A stretch of DNA of 64,000 nucleotides from Escherichia coli (GTDB lineage Bacteria; Pseudomonadota; Gammaproteobacteria; Enterobacterales; Enterobacteriaceae), in assembly GCF_036507355.1 (NCBI RefSeq), contig NZ_AP027877.1. One strand, written 5' to 3'. This document shows positions 32,088 through 43,513 of the stretch, one piece after another. Each line of letters starts with the position of its first letter. Within the stretch, counting starts at the first letter, position 1. A program made the translations under genes and the position numbers. Under the pieces are notes generated by a model. It saw nothing but the letters and a program-made list of their open reading frames with translations. It was not told the origin of the DNA and did no database searches.

Positions 32088-33470
32088 ATGAAGAGTGAAG
32101 TGTTGTCCGTTAAAGAGAAAATTGGTTATGGCATGGGAGACGCCGCCAGCCACATTATTTTCGATAACGTAATGTTATATATGATGTTCTTTTATACCGA
32201 TATTTTTGGCATTCCTGCCGGATTTGTCGGAACTATGTTTTTGGTCGCTCGTGCACTGGATGCGATTTCCGATCCTTGCATGGGGTTGTTGGCCGATCGA
32301 ACGCGCTCTCGCTGGGGTAAATTTCGTCCGTGGGTACTGTTTGGCGCACTGCCATTCGGGATCGTCTGTGTACTGGCCTATAGCACGCCAGATCTCAGTA
32401 TGAACGGTAAAATGATCTATGCAGCAATTACTTACACCCTACTTACCTTACTTTATACCGTCGTCAATATCCCTTACTGCGCATTGGGTGGTGTAATCAC
32501 CAATGACCCGACTCAGCGTATCTCGCTGCAATCCTGGCGTTTTGTGCTGGCGACCGCGGGAGGCATGCTTTCTACGGTTCTGATGATGCCACTGGTTAAT
32601 TTAATTGGTGGTGATAATAAACCACTCGGTTTCCAGGGCGGTATCGCGGTCCTTTCCGTGGTGGCATTCATGATGCTGGCATTCTGTTTCTTCACCACTA
32701 AAGAACGCGTTGAAGCACCACCTACAACGACGTCTATGCGGGAAGATTTACGTGATATCTGGCAAAACGACCAGTGGCGGATTGTCGGTTTACTAACCAT
32801 TTTCAATATCCTGGCGGTGTGCGTACGCGGTGGAGCGATGATGTATTACGTCACATGGATTTTGGGTACGCCGGAAGTGTTTGTCGCTTTTCTCACCACT
32901 TATTGCGTGGGTAACCTGATTGGTTCCGCACTGGCAAAACCGCTGACCGACTGGAAATGTAAAGTCACTATCTTCTGGTGGACGAACGCCCTGCTCGCAG
33001 TGATTAGCATCGCGATGTTCTTTGTTCCCATGCAGGCCAGCATCACTATGTTTGTCTTCATCTTCGTGATTGGTGTGTTGCATCAACTGGTGACACCTAT
33101 CCAGTGGGTAATGATGTCCGATACCGTCGACTACGGCGAGTGGTGCAATGGTAAACGCCTGACCGGAATCAGTTTTGCTGGCACGCTGTTTGTTCTCAAA
33201 CTGGGGTTGGCCTTCGGCGGCGCTCTTATCGGCTGGATGCTGGCTTATGGCGGATATGATGCGGCAGAAAAAGCGCAGAACAGCGCCACGATTAGCATCA
33301 TTATCGCGCTATTCACGATTGTTCCGGCGATCTGTTATTTGCTGAGCGCGATTATCGCTAAACGCTACTACTCACTCACGACGCACAATCTGAAAACCGT
33401 TATGGAACAGCTGGCTCAGGGCAAACGCCGTTGCCAGCAACAATTCACCTCTCAAGAAGTGCAGAACTAA
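32088..33470 (+). CDS. yicJ: MFS glycoside-pentoside-hexuronide family transporter YicJ
   Basis: ORF 32031..33470; start at MKSEVLSVKEKIGYGMGD. Confidence 0.85.
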   Translation: MKSEVLSVKEKIGYGMGDAASHIIFDNVMLYMMFFYTDIFGIPAGFVGTMFLVARALDAISDPCMGLLADRTRSRWGKFRPWVLFGALPFGIVCVLAYSTPDLSMNGKMIYAAITYTLLTLLYTVVNIPYCALGGVITNDPTQRISLQSWRFVLATAGGMLSTVLMMPLVNLIGGDNKPLGFQGGIAVLSVVAFMMLAFCFFTTKERVEAPPTTTSMREDLRDIWQNDQWRIVGLLTIFNILAVCVRGGAMMYYVTWILGTPEVFVAFLTTYCVGNLIGSALAKPLTDWKCKVTIFWWTNALLAVISIAMFFVPMQASITMFVFIFVIGVLHQLVTPIQWVMMSDTVDYGEWCNGKRLTGISFAGTLFVLKLGLAFGGALIGWMLAYGGYDAAEKAQNSATISIIIALFTIVPAICYLLSAIIAKRYYSLTTHNLKTVMEQLAQGKRRCQQQFTSQEVQN

Positions 33471-33479
33471 GGAACGGCA

Positions 33480-35798
33480 ATGAAAATTAGCGATGGAAAC
33501 TGGTTGATTCAACCTGGCCTCAATTTGATTCACCCGCTTCAGGTGTTCGAGGTTGAACAGCAGGGTAATGAAATGGTGGTCTATGCTGCCCCCCGTGATG
33601 TACGTGAACGTACCTGGCAGCTTGACACGCCTTTATTTACGCTGCGCTTTTTCTCCCCACAGGAAGGTATTGTCGGGGTGCGGATTGAGCATTTTCAGGG
33701 GGCGCTGAATAACGGCCCTCATTATCCGCTCAATATTTTGCAGGACGTGAAGGTCACAATCGAAAACACAGAACGTTATGCTGAGTTTAAAAGTGGCAAC
33801 TTAAGCGCGCGTGTCAGCAAAGGTGAGTTCTGGTCACTCGATTTTCTGCGCAACGGTGAACGTATTACCGGTAGTCAGGTGAAAAATAATGGCTACGTGC
33901 AGGATACGAATAATCAACGAAATTATATGTTTGAGCGGCTTGATCTTGGCGTTGGCGAAACAGTTTATGGTCTGGGAGAGCGCTTTACTGCCCTGGTGCG
34001 CAATGGTCAGACGGTAGAAACCTGGAACCGGGACGGCGGCACAAGTACTGAACAGGCGTATAAAAATATCCCGTTCTACATGACTAACCGTGGTTATGGG
34101 GTACTGGTCAATCACCCCCAGTGTGTCTCTTTTGAAGTGGGATCGGAGAAAGTCTCCAAAGTGCAGTTCAGCGTTGAGAGCGAATATCTCGAATACTTTG
34201 TTATCGACGGTCCGACGCCGAAAGCGGTACTTGATCGTTATACCCGTTTTACTGGTCGTCCGGCGCTGCCGCCCGCATGGTCCTTCGGCCTGTGGCTAAC
34301 CACTTCATTTACCACCAACTACGACGAAGCGACGGTAAACAGCTTTATCGATGGTATGGCGGAACGCAATCTGCCGCTGCATGTTTTCCACTTTGACTGT
34401 TTCTGGATGAAAGCCTTCCAGTGGTGCGATTTTGAGTGGGACCCGCTGACTTTCCCGGACCCGGAAGGGATGATCCGCCGCCTGAAAGCGAAAGGGCTGA
34501 AAATCTGCGTCTGGATTAACCCCTATATTGGGCAAAAATCCCCCGTCTTTAAAGAGTTACAAGAGAAAGGTTATTTACTCAAACGCCCGGACGGTTCGCT
34601 GTGGCAGTGGGATAAATGGCAGCCAGGTCTGGCGATTTATGACTTTACCAATCCGGATGCCTGCACATGGTACGCCGACAAACTGAAAGTTCTGGTCGCG
34701 ATGGGCGTTGATTGCTTTAAGACCGACTTTGGCGAACGTATCCCAACCGATGTTCAGTGGTTTGACGGTTCCGATCCGCAGAAAATGCATAACCATTATG
34801 CGTACATCTACAACGAACTGGTGTGGAACGTGCTCAAGGACACCGTTGGTGAGGAAGAAGCCGTCTTGTTTGCCCGCTCGGCCTCCGTTGGTGCGCAGAA
34901 ATTCCCGGTACACTGGGGTGGCGACTGTTACGCCAACTACGAATCAATGGCGGAAAGCCTGCGCGGTGGTTTGTCTATTGGCCTTTCAGGTTTTGGCTTC
35001 TGGAGCCACGATATCGGCGGCTTTGAAAATACCGCTCCGGCGCACGTTTACAAACGCTGGTGCGCGTTTGGTTTGCTCTCCAGCCATAGTCGTTTACATG
35101 GCAGCAAATCTTATCGTGTGCCGTGGGCCTACGATGATGAGTCCTGTGATGTGGTGCGCTTCTTCACGCAACTGAAATGCCGCATGATGCCGTATCTGTA
35201 TCGTGAAGCTGCGCGTGCGAATGCGCGGGGTACGCCGATGATGCGGGCCATGATGATGGAGTTCCCGGACGAGCCGGCTTGTGATTATCTTGACCGTCAA
35301 TACATGTTAGGCGACAACGTGATGGTTGCTCCGGTGTTCACTGAAGCGGGCGATGTGCAGTTCTACTTGCCGGAAGGTCGCTGGACACACCTGTGGCACA
35401 ACGATGAACTCGACGGTAGTCGCTGGCATAAACAGCAGCACGGCTTCCTGAGTCTGCCCGTTTATGTGCGTGATAACACCCTACTGGCGCTGGGCAACAA
35501 CGATCAACGTCCCGATTACGCGTGGCACGAAGGCACGGCATTCCACCTCTTTAATCTGCAAGACGGGCATGAAACCGTCTGTGAAGTGCCCGCTGCTGAC
35601 GGTTCGGTGATCTTTACTTTAAAAGCAGCACGTACTGGCAACACGATTACTGTGACTGGTGCAGGCGAGGCGAAGAACTGGACACTGTGCTTGCGCAATG
35701 TTGTGAAAGTAAATGGTCTGCAAGGCGGTTCGCAGGTTGAAAGTGAGCAGGGGGTGGTGGTGACGCCTCAAGGGAATGCGCTGACAATTACGTTGTAA
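33480..35798 (+). CDS. yicI: Alpha-xylosidase YicI (glycoside hydrolase family 31)
   Basis: 772-aa ORF with GH31 catalytic region (WIDMNE-like / KTDFGE). Confidence 0.88.
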   Translation: MKISDGNWLIQPGLNLIHPLQVFEVEQQGNEMVVYAAPRDVRERTWQLDTPLFTLRFFSPQEGIVGVRIEHFQGALNNGPHYPLNILQDVKVTIENTERYAEFKSGNLSARVSKGEFWSLDFLRNGERITGSQVKNNGYVQDTNNQRNYMFERLDLGVGETVYGLGERFTALVRNGQTVETWNRDGGTSTEQAYKNIPFYMTNRGYGVLVNHPQCVSFEVGSEKVSKVQFSVESEYLEYFVIDGPTPKAVLDRYTRFTGRPALPPAWSFGLWLTTSFTTNYDEATVNSFIDGMAERNLPLHVFHFDCFWMKAFQWCDFEWDPLTFPDPEGMIRRLKAKGLKICVWINPYIGQKSPVFKELQEKGYLLKRPDGSLWQWDKWQPGLAIYDFTNPDACTWYADKLKVLVAMGVDCFKTDFGERIPTDVQWFDGSDPQKMHNHYAYIYNELVWNVLKDTVGEEEAVLFARSASVGAQKFPVHWGGDCYANYESMAESLRGGLSIGLSGFGFWSHDIGGFENTAPAHVYKRWCAFGLLSSHSRLHGSKSYRVPWAYDDESCDVVRFFTQLKCRMMPYLYREAARANARGTPMMRAMMMEFPDEPACDYLDRQYMLGDNVMVAPVFTEAGDVQFYLPEGRWTHLWHNDELDGSRWHKQQHGFLSLPVYVRDNTLLALGNNDQRPDYAWHEGTAFHLFNLQDGHETVCEVPAADGSVIFTLKAARTGNTITVTGAGEAKNWTLCLRNVVKVNGLQGGSQVESEQGVVVTPQGNALTITL

Positions 35799-35811
35799 TC
35801 TATTGAAGAAT

Positions 35812-35838
35812 GCCGGGTACGTCTGAGCCGTACCCGGC
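35812..35838. terminator. Hairpin between convergent yicI and yicH (putative bidirectional terminator)
   Basis: 10-bp stem gccgggtacg / cgtacccggc with 7-nt loop; no clear U-tract. Confidence 0.4.
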
Positions 35839-35849
35839 GAGATTGATGT

Positions 35850-37559
35850 TTATTGCACTGGCTCCGTCGATGTAACTTCACCGCTGGAAACGATGCCAGC
35901 ATTCATGGTTTGAGTCACTTGCTGCTTTGCGGCGTTCACGGCATGCAATTGCCCGCTAACCGTAGGTTTCAACGGGACATTGGCCTGAATATCGCCACTG
36001 GCGGTAAGCTGAATATTGCCGTCGCCAGTCAACGGTAATTCAGGCCATCCCCACTGTTGCAAAATATTCACCGGCACACCGCGTCCATTCAGGCTGATAT
36101 GGGTCTGACGTTGTGGCGTTTGTGAAACACTGGCGGTGGCTTCCAGAATGCCTTTTTCAGTAAATGCACTCAGTTCGCTGATATTCACCGTGCTGCTGTT
36201 GGCGGTTAGCGCCAGCGATGGACGGCGGACATCAACACGATTAAACGTCGCGGCGGCGGCATTCAGATTCGCCGAGCCACTCCAGACGCCCCATTTATGA
36301 TCGGTAACCAGCGTCAGGTTGGCACCGTAACCATCGAGCGCGGTGAGCTGCCACGGGAAGTCAGGGTCGATATCAATGATCAGATTGCGGCTGGCGCTAA
36401 ATCTCTTCAGTTGCAGGCTGTTTAACCAACCGGGTGTCGTTTCCATCCACAACTGTTGCCAGTTTTTCGGCAAGGTATATTCCAGCCCGGCAATTGCCGC
36501 ATCATCAAGGATCAACGTTTTCCCGTCACGCAGCCAGTTCCCTGACGTTCTGACCATACCCCCTTCCCAGCGGCTGGTGAACTGGCGCAGCGCTACGCCC
36601 TGCGGGGAAAATTCCGCGTTTATAATCGGGTCAAATAAATGCAGCGAACCATAAATGAACTCGCTGGCGTTCATCGACAGTTTGCCTTCTTGTGTCTGCC
36701 AGTCATCTTTACTGAAGGTCATGTTGCGCAAGCTGAGATCGAGGTCGGTCACCGCCCAGTCCGGACCTTGCAGACGAGCATCGATCACTTCCAGGCGACC
36801 AATCTGCAACGACGGGACAGAGCGTAATGGCGCAAAGAAGTCGGTTAGCGATTTTTCGCTTTGTAGACGGATATCCGCCATGCGCAGATTTTCCACTTGC
36901 CAGCTGCCGTCGGCGTTACGCTGCGCGTTTCCGGTTAATGTCCCGCGCGCGATGTCGGCACCCAGGTTAGTCAGCGTAACGCGATCGTTATCAATACTGC
37001 CTTCAATCAGTACATTGGTGGCAGGAATATCATTGAGCGAAAGCGATCCGGCACTAAACTGAATCTGCGCCTTCGTACCCAGCACTTTACCGGCTTCTGG
37101 TGACCACGGAACCACGCCGCCATTTACCCGCTGCGCGCTCAGTTTCCATTCGCTATTCGGGCTATTAAACGCCATATCACGCAGTTGCAGACGATCGGCT
37201 TTGAACGGTAGCGGCGCGGTCTGGTCGGTGAGATTCAGCGTTCCGTTTTCCAGCAGGATGGTATCGACATGGCGTGGTTCGGTCAGTTGCCGACTGCTTA
37301 GCGCAATGTCGACACTTTTTGCCACCAGGGTCGCGGGCTGGCCATCACGGCCAAACGTGACGTTCTCCAGCACGATATGAGATGGCGCGGAAAAACGGTG
37401 ATCCATCGCCCCGAAGGCCAGATGATAGTCGCTATTCTCGGAAACCCATGCGCTGATATGTTCTGCTCCCCAGCGGGTTTGCAGAAGAAAATAGAGGCCA
37501 GCGATCACCACTAACAGAGCGATGAGAATGTAGAGAAGCAGCTTCCCAATAAATTTCAT
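35850..37559 (-). CDS. yicH: AsmA-family protein YicH
   Basis: ORF 35850..37583; start at MKFIGKLLLYILIALLVV; N-terminal TM anchor. Confidence 0.8.
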   Translation of the reverse strand: MKFIGKLLLYILIALLVVIAGLYFLLQTRWGAEHISAWVSENSDYHLAFGAMDHRFSAPSHIVLENVTFGRDGQPATLVAKSVDIALSSRQLTEPRHVDTILLENGTLNLTDQTAPLPFKADRLQLRDMAFNSPNSEWKLSAQRVNGGVVPWSPEAGKVLGTKAQIQFSAGSLSLNDIPATNVLIEGSIDNDRVTLTNLGADIARGTLTGNAQRNADGSWQVENLRMADIRLQSEKSLTDFFAPLRSVPSLQIGRLEVIDARLQGPDWAVTDLDLSLRNMTFSKDDWQTQEGKLSMNASEFIYGSLHLFDPIINAEFSPQGVALRQFTSRWEGGMVRTSGNWLRDGKTLILDDAAIAGLEYTLPKNWQQLWMETTPGWLNSLQLKRFSASRNLIIDIDPDFPWQLTALDGYGANLTLVTDHKWGVWSGSANLNAAAATFNRVDVRRPSLALTANSSTVNISELSAFTEKGILEATASVSQTPQRQTHISLNGRGVPVNILQQWGWPELPLTGDGNIQLTASGDIQANVPLKPTVSGQLHAVNAAKQQVTQTMNAGIVSSGEVTSTEPVQ

Positions 37560-37679
37560 GGTCTTCCATCCCGTGAAATGCACATAAGGGAGTTATGCAC
37601 GATTTACGCGCAATCCTCAAGGCGGGAATGGTGAAAGAGGTGAGACTGCGGCGGTAATTATCTTACCGCCGCCAGTGAA

Positions 37680-39071
37680 TTACTGTTTTTCTGGTGGGAA
37701 AATCAGATTCAGCACGATGGCAGTAATACCGCCCGCGGCGATCCCGGAGGAGAGCAGGTTTTTCAGCCATTCAGGGGCAAACTGCAAAATCAGCGGCTGC
37801 TGAGACACGCCCAGACCAACCGCCAGCGACAGGGCGATAATCAGAATCGCCCGACGGTTCAGCGGCTCACGAGAAACGATACGCACACCGGAGGCGGCGA
37901 TGGTGCCAAACATTACAAGCGTTGCGCCGCCCAGAACCGGTTCTGGAATGTGTTGTACAAAACCGCTCACTGCCGGGAACAGACCCAGCACGATCAACAT
38001 CAGCGCGACGACAAAACCGACATAGCGGCTGGCAACACCGGTCAACTGGATCACTCCGTTGTTCTGCCCGAAGCAGGAGTTCGGGAAGGTGTTAAACACC
38101 GCCGAAACAAACGAGTTCAGGCCGTTTGCCAGCACGCCGCCTTTCAGGCGTTTCATGTACAGCGGACCGGACACTGGCTGTTCGGAAACGTCAGAGGTCG
38201 CCGTGATATCGCCAATGGTTTCCAGCGAAGTGATCATAAAGACCAGCATCAGCGGCAGCAGCAGACTCCATTCAATGCCAAGACCGTAATAGAGCGGCGT
38301 TGGCACCATAATCAGTTCTTGCGTCATCGGTTCGTTGCTTTCTGGCAACATGCCCATAAACCACGCCAGCGCATATCCGGCCGCCATCGCAATCACCAGT
38401 GAGGCCACGCGTAAGTAAGGGTTACGTTGACGGTTAAGCAGGATAATTAAGGCTAAGACCACGCCTGCCAGCAGCAGATTTTTCGGTGCGCCGAAGGTGT
38501 TATCGCTCATGGCTGCGTAACCGCCGCCAATTGAGGTCAGCCCCACCTGAATTAGCGACAGGCCGATAATCATCACCACAACGCCAGAAACCAGCGGCGT
38601 AATAATGCGGCGCGCCAGATGCAGAACGCGGGAGATCACCATCTCGGTGCAACTTGCCAGCATCAACGTGCCGAACAAAGCCGCCATCATGGTAGGAACA
38701 TCAGCACCACCGGTTTTCAGCGCGGTACCGCCCATAATCAGCGGGGCAACAAAGTTGAAGCTGGTGCCCTGAATAGACAACAGCCCGGAGCCAACCGGAC
38801 CCCAGGCCTTAATTTGAATAATCGATGCCACACCGGAGGCAAACAGCGACATACTAATAATGTGTTGCGTGTCTTGTGCCGGTAAACCCAGCGCCTGGCA
38901 GATTAATAGCGCTGGCGTGATCACCGCAACGAACATCGCCAGCAAATGCTGACAGGCGGCAAACAGGGTTTGAGGAAGCGGCGGACGATCTTCAAGACGG
39001 TAAATCAGTTCGCTGTTTTGAGTCTGCGCAACCGGTTGCGCATTTTCTGACTCGAGGGTGGAAACAGACAT
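37680..39071 (-). CDS. xanP: Xanthine permease XanP (NCS2 family)
   Basis: Start at [19 protein letters not shown]2 signature region. Confidence 0.85.
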
Positions 39072-39349
39072 CGAAAACAATCCCGTGGTAGCAAAGCGGG
39101 CATTTTAGCTGACCGAAAGAGAAAAGCAAACGTTTGCCACATCCTCATCTAAATATTTAAATGAGATAAATGCACTTTTTTATATAACTTTTGGTATTTT
39201 TCTGCTTAAAATCCATGCCATTTGTTCATTAACAGCTGAGAATTTGACCCAGGAAAGCATAACTCGATACCCGTCATAGTTCATAAGTTGCCACTGCGCG
39301 ATGAAGTATGACGAGTATGAAAGAGTGATGCGGATACAAAGGAGTAACT

Positions 39350-40555
39350 ATGTTTCATCTCGATACTTTAGCAACGCTTGTTGCCGCAACGCTGACGTTG
39401 CTGCTCGGGCGTAAGTTGGTCCATTCCGTCTCCTTTTTGAAGAAATACACCATACCGGAACCTGTTGCGGGTGGTTTGTTGGTGGCGCTGGCGCTACTGG
39501 TACTTAAAAAAAGCATGGGCTGGGAAGTCAACTTTGATATGTCCCTGCGCGATCCGTTAATGCTGGCATTCTTCGCCACCATTGGCCTGAACGCCAACAT
39601 TGCCAGTTTGCGTGCCGGTGGGCGTGTGGTTGGCATCTTCCTGATTGTGGTTGTTGGTCTGTTGGTGATGCAAAATGCCATTGGCATTGGTATGGCTAGC
39701 CTGTTAGGGCTTGATCCGCTGATGGGGCTGTTGGCCGGTTCTATTACGCTTTCCGGCGGTCACGGTACGGGAGCTGCATGGAGTAAATTGTTCATTGAAC
39801 GTTATGGCTTCACCAATGCGACAGAAGTGGCGATGGCCTGTGCAACGTTCGGTCTGGTGCTGGGCGGCTTGATTGGCGGTCCGGTGGCGCGCTATCTGGT
39901 GAAACACTCCACCACGCCGAACGGTATTCCGGATGACCAGGAAGTCCCGACGGCGTTTGAAAAGCCGGATGTGGGCCGCATGATCACCTCGCTGGTGCTG
40001 ATTGAAACTATCGCGCTGATTGCTATCTGCCTGACGGTGGGGAAAATTGTTGCGCAACTTTTGGCTGGCACTGCTTTTGAACTGCCGACCTTCGTCTGTG
40101 TACTGTTTGTTGGCGTGATTCTGAGCAACGGTCTGTCAATGATGGGCTTTTACCGCGTCTTTGAGCGTGCGGTATCCGTGCTGGGTAACGTAAGCCTGTC
40201 GTTGTTCCTGGCGATGGCGCTGATGGGGCTGAAACTGTGGGAGCTGGCTTCGCTGGCGCTGCCGATGCTGGCGATTCTGGTGGTACAGACCATCTTCATG
40301 GCGTTGTATGCCATCTTCGTTACCTGGCGCATGATGGGCAAAAACTACGATGCGGCAGTGCTGGCTGCGGGTCACTGTGGTTTTGGTCTCGGTGCAACGC
40401 CAACGGCAATCGCCAACATGCAGGCGATCACTGAACGCTTTGGCCCGTCGCACATGGCGTTTTTGGTGGTGCCGATGGTCGGTGCGTTCTTTATCGATAT
40501 CGTCAATGCGCTGGTGATTAAGCTGTATTTGATGTTGCCGATTTTTGCCGGTTAA
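39350..40555 (+). CDS. gltS: Sodium/glutamate symporter GltS
   Basis: 401-aa polytopic ORF MFHLDTLATLVAATLTLLLG. Confidence 0.88.
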   Translation: MFHLDTLATLVAATLTLLLGRKLVHSVSFLKKYTIPEPVAGGLLVALALLVLKKSMGWEVNFDMSLRDPLMLAFFATIGLNANIASLRAGGRVVGIFLIVVVGLLVMQNAIGIGMASLLGLDPLMGLLAGSITLSGGHGTGAAWSKLFIERYGFTNATEVAMACATFGLVLGGLIGGPVARYLVKHSTTPNGIPDDQEVPTAFEKPDVGRMITSLVLIETIALIAICLTVGKIVAQLLAGTAFELPTFVCVLFVGVILSNGLSMMGFYRVFERAVSVLGNVSLSLFLAMALMGLKLWELASLALPMLAILVVQTIFMALYAIFVTWRMMGKNYDAAVLAAGHCGFGLGATPTAIANMQAITERFGPSHMAFLVVPMVGAFFIDIVNALVIKLYLMLPIFAG

Positions 40556-40730
40556 CCGATGAAGCGGCGGTAGAAGTGCCGCCGCAACAAAGACAAATGC
40601 CTGATACGCTTCGCTTATCAAGGCTGCGCATTGATTCACAATTTATTGAATTTATAAGTTTTTGTAGGACGAAGCACATCCGGCAGGAAGGTAGGGTAAC
40701 CTGAAATGGCGGTCTTCTCACCGCCGCCTT

Positions 40731-42812
40731 TTACGCATTCGAGTAACGTTCCGTCTCCGGCATCCAGCGTTCTATCAGGGCTTTTGCCTGTTGTGGGTAA
40801 CGTTCGTGAATATGGCGTGCCAGGCGCTGAACTTCCGGGATCATCGCCTGATCGCGCAGTAAATCCGCCACTTTAAATTCAGCATTACCCGTCTGACGAG
40901 TGCCTAACAATTCGCCAGGGCCGCGAATCTCCAGATCTTTTTGTGCAATCACAAACCCGTCGTTGCTGTCGCGCAGCACTTGCAGGCGAATTTGCGCCGT
41001 TTTAGAAAGCGGCGTTTTATAGAGCAGCACGCAGTGAGAAGCCACCGCGCCACGACCTACACGCCCACGTAGCTGGTGCAACTGCGCCAGACCCAGACGC
41101 TCCGGGTTTTCGATAATCATCAGACTGGCGTTAGGCACATCAACGCCGACTTCAATAACGGTTGTGGCAACCAGCAGGTGTAGCTCACCTTGTTTAAACG
41201 ACGCCATCACCGCCTGTTTCTCGGCAGGTTTCATCCGCCCGTGTACCAGGCCAACATTCAACTCTGGTAGCGCCAGTTTCAACTCTTCCCAGATAGCTTC
41301 CGCCGCCTGCGCTTCCAGTAACTCTGACTCTTCAATCAACGTACAAACCCAGTACGCCTGACGACCTTCAGTCATGCAGGCGTGGCGCACGCGGTCAATG
41401 ATGTCGGTACGGCGAGTATCAGGAATAGCGACCGTAGTCACTGGCGTGCGGCCTGGCGGCAGTTCATCAATGACCGAGGTGTCGAGATCAGCATACGCAG
41501 TCATCGCCAGCGTGCGGGGGATCGGCGTGGCGGTCATGATCAACTGATGCGGATGGAAGCCTTGCTGCTGGCCTTTCTCCCACAATGCCAGACGCTGATG
41601 CACGCCAAAGCGATGCTGTTCGTCGATAATCACCAGCGCCAGGCCGTTAAACTGCACCTGTTCCTGGAAGATGGCGTGTGTTCCGACAATCATCTGCACC
41701 TGACCGCTGGCGATGGCTTCCTGCTGAGACAGTCGCGCTTTACCTTTCTGCTTACCGGCGAGCCAGCCCACTTCGATACCGAGCGGTGCAAACCAGTTGC
41801 GGAAGTTATTAGCGTGCTGTTCGGCGAGTAATTCGGTTGGTGCCATCAATGCCACCTGTTTGCCGTGGGCAATCGCACGCAGCGCGGCGAGGGCAGCGAC
41901 CAGCGTTTTACCGGAACCTACATCGCCCTGTACCAGGCGCATCATCGGCACATTCAGCGCCATATCGCGCTCGATCTCCGCCACCACGCGAGCCTGAGCG
42001 CCCGTTGGCTTGAACGGTAAGGCGGCAAGAAGTTTATTTTTCAGCGTGTCATTGGCGCTCAGCGGCTGGGCATGGAAACGTTGCGCTCCGGCGCGTAAGG
42101 CTAACATGCTGAGGTTATGCGCCAGCAGTTCTTCCAGAATCAGACGACGTTGCGCCGGATGCTGCCCGGTTTCCAGATCGCTAAGTTGCAGCGTCGGCGG
42201 CGGGCGGTGCAAAGTGCGCAACGCTTCCGGTAGCGTCATCATTCCTTGTGACAGTTCCGGCGGCAGGAGTTCTTCAATGGCGCAGGTGTCGAGCAGATCC
42301 AGCGCCTGGTCGGTTAATTTACGCAGCGTGGCCTGCTTTACGCCTTCGGTTGTTGGATAAACCGGCGTGAGCGTTTCCTGCAACTCTGGCGTACTGAGAT
42401 CGCCCTGCACGCGGTATTCCGGGTGGATCATCTCCGCACCATATTTACCGCGCTTTGCTTCTCCATAGGCCAGCACGCGGCGGCCCGTCGCCAGGCTATT
42501 TTTCATTGCCGCGTTGAAGTTGAAAAAGCGCATGGTGAGAATGCCGGAACCGTCGCTGATCTGGCAGGTCATCATCCGCCGACCGCCGAAGGAGATATTG
42601 CAGTTCAGCACTTCGCCTTCCACCGTGGCATAAACGCCCGGTAGTAGTTCTCCGATGGGGTAGAGATGGGTGCGATCTTCGTAGCGCAGGGGAAGGTGTA
42701 AGAGTAGATCCTGCACAGTCTGCAGGTTGATTTTCGCCAGCTTGTTACTAAGCGCTGCGCCAACGCCCGTTAGGGAACTGAGCGGGACAGCATCTAACAG
42801 GCGACCTTTCAT
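40731..42812 (-). CDS. recG: ATP-dependent DNA helicase RecG
   Basis: Start at MKGRLLDAVPLSSLTGVG; Walker A GDVGSGKT and DEQH box. Confidence 0.92.
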   Translation of the reverse strand: MKGRLLDAVPLSSLTGVGAALSNKLAKINLQTVQDLLLHLPLRYEDRTHLYPIGELLPGVYATVEGEVLNCNISFGGRRMMTCQISDGSGILTMRFFNFNAAMKNSLATGRRVLAYGEAKRGKYGAEMIHPEYRVQGDLSTPELQETLTPVYPTTEGVKQATLRKLTDQALDLLDTCAIEELLPPELSQGMMTLPEALRTLHRPPPTLQLSDLETGQHPAQRRLILEELLAHNLSMLALRAGAQRFHAQPLSANDTLKNKLLAALPFKPTGAQARVVAEIERDMALNVPMMRLVQGDVGSGKTLVAALAALRAIAHGKQVALMAPTELLAEQHANNFRNWFAPLGIEVGWLAGKQKGKARLSQQEAIASGQVQMIVGTHAIFQEQVQFNGLALVIIDEQHRFGVHQRLALWEKGQQQGFHPHQLIMTATPIPRTLAMTAYADLDTSVIDELPPGRTPVTTVAIPDTRRTDIIDRVRHACMTEGRQAYWVCTLIEESELLEAQAAEAIWEELKLALPELNVGLVHGRMKPAEKQAVMASFKQGELHLLVATTVIEVGVDVPNASLMIIENPERLGLAQLHQLRGRVGRGAVASHCVLLYKTPLSKTAQIRLQVLRDSNDGFVIAQKDLEIRGPGELLGTRQTGNAEFKVADLLRDQAMIPEVQRLARHIHERYPQQAKALIERWMPETERYSNA

Positions 42813-42817
42813 GGCAC

Positions 42818-43507
42818 TTACCCTGCAGCCTGCATGGTAGCCCACCAGTCGGCATCAGCTTCGATCTCGCCTTGCTGATTGACGTGGGGATAAGGCAGGC
42901 CTTTGCGTTTTGCGACTTTCGCCAGCACCGGATAGCCGCCTTCAAACAACAGGCGTTGTTGCTCTGCTTCCGGCAACATGCTGTTTTCACGCAGGTACAT
43001 GCCTGCATTTTGCCGCTGACGCTGGGCTTCGTAAAGAATGAGGGCTGAGGCAACGGAAACATTCAGCGACTGCACCATGCCGATCATCGGAATGATGATG
43101 TCCTGATCCGCCAGGGCCAACGCTTCCTCAGTGATGCCCGTTTTCTCCTGACCCATCAAAATGCAGGTCGGGCGAGTGTAATCAATTTCGCGAAAATCGA
43201 CAGCGTTATCAGAAAGATGGGTTGCCAGAATTTGCATGCCCTGGCCTTTCAGATGGGTGACGGCATCGCCAATGGTGCGGTGCGTTTTCACCTGCACCCA
43301 ACTGTTGCTACCCGCCGCCGCAGAGGCCATGGTACGCATGCGGCTACCAGGCCAGACGGCGTGAACTTCATGTACGCCAACGGCATCTGCGGTACGAATA
43401 ATCGCAGAAACGTTATGAGGTTTGTGGACCTGCTCCATGCAGACGGTCAGATCAGGCTGCCGCCTGGCGAGCATTTCGCAGATGCGTGCATAACGTGTTG
43501 GGTTCAT
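42818..43507 (-). CDS. trmH: tRNA (Gm18) 2'-O-methyltransferase TrmH (SpoU)
   Basis: 229-aa SPOUT methyltransferase, last gene of the spoT operon. Confidence 0.9.
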   Translation of the reverse strand: MNPTRYARICEMLARRQPDLTVCMEQVHKPHNVSAIIRTADAVGVHEVHAVWPGSRMRTMASAAAGSNSWVQVKTHRTIGDAVTHLKGQGMQILATHLSDNAVDFREIDYTRPTCILMGQEKTGITEEALALADQDIIIPMIGMVQSLNVSVASALILYEAQRQRQNAGMYLRENSMLPEAEQQRLLFEGGYPVLAKVAKRKGLPYPHVNQQGEIEADADWWATMQAAG

Positions 43508-43513
43508 AAAACA

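Noticed and set aside
40700-40730. Hairpin ggcggtcttctcaccgcc near the recG 3' end as a terminator
   Set aside because: It overlaps the end of the recG coding sequence and lacks a clear U-tract on either strand.
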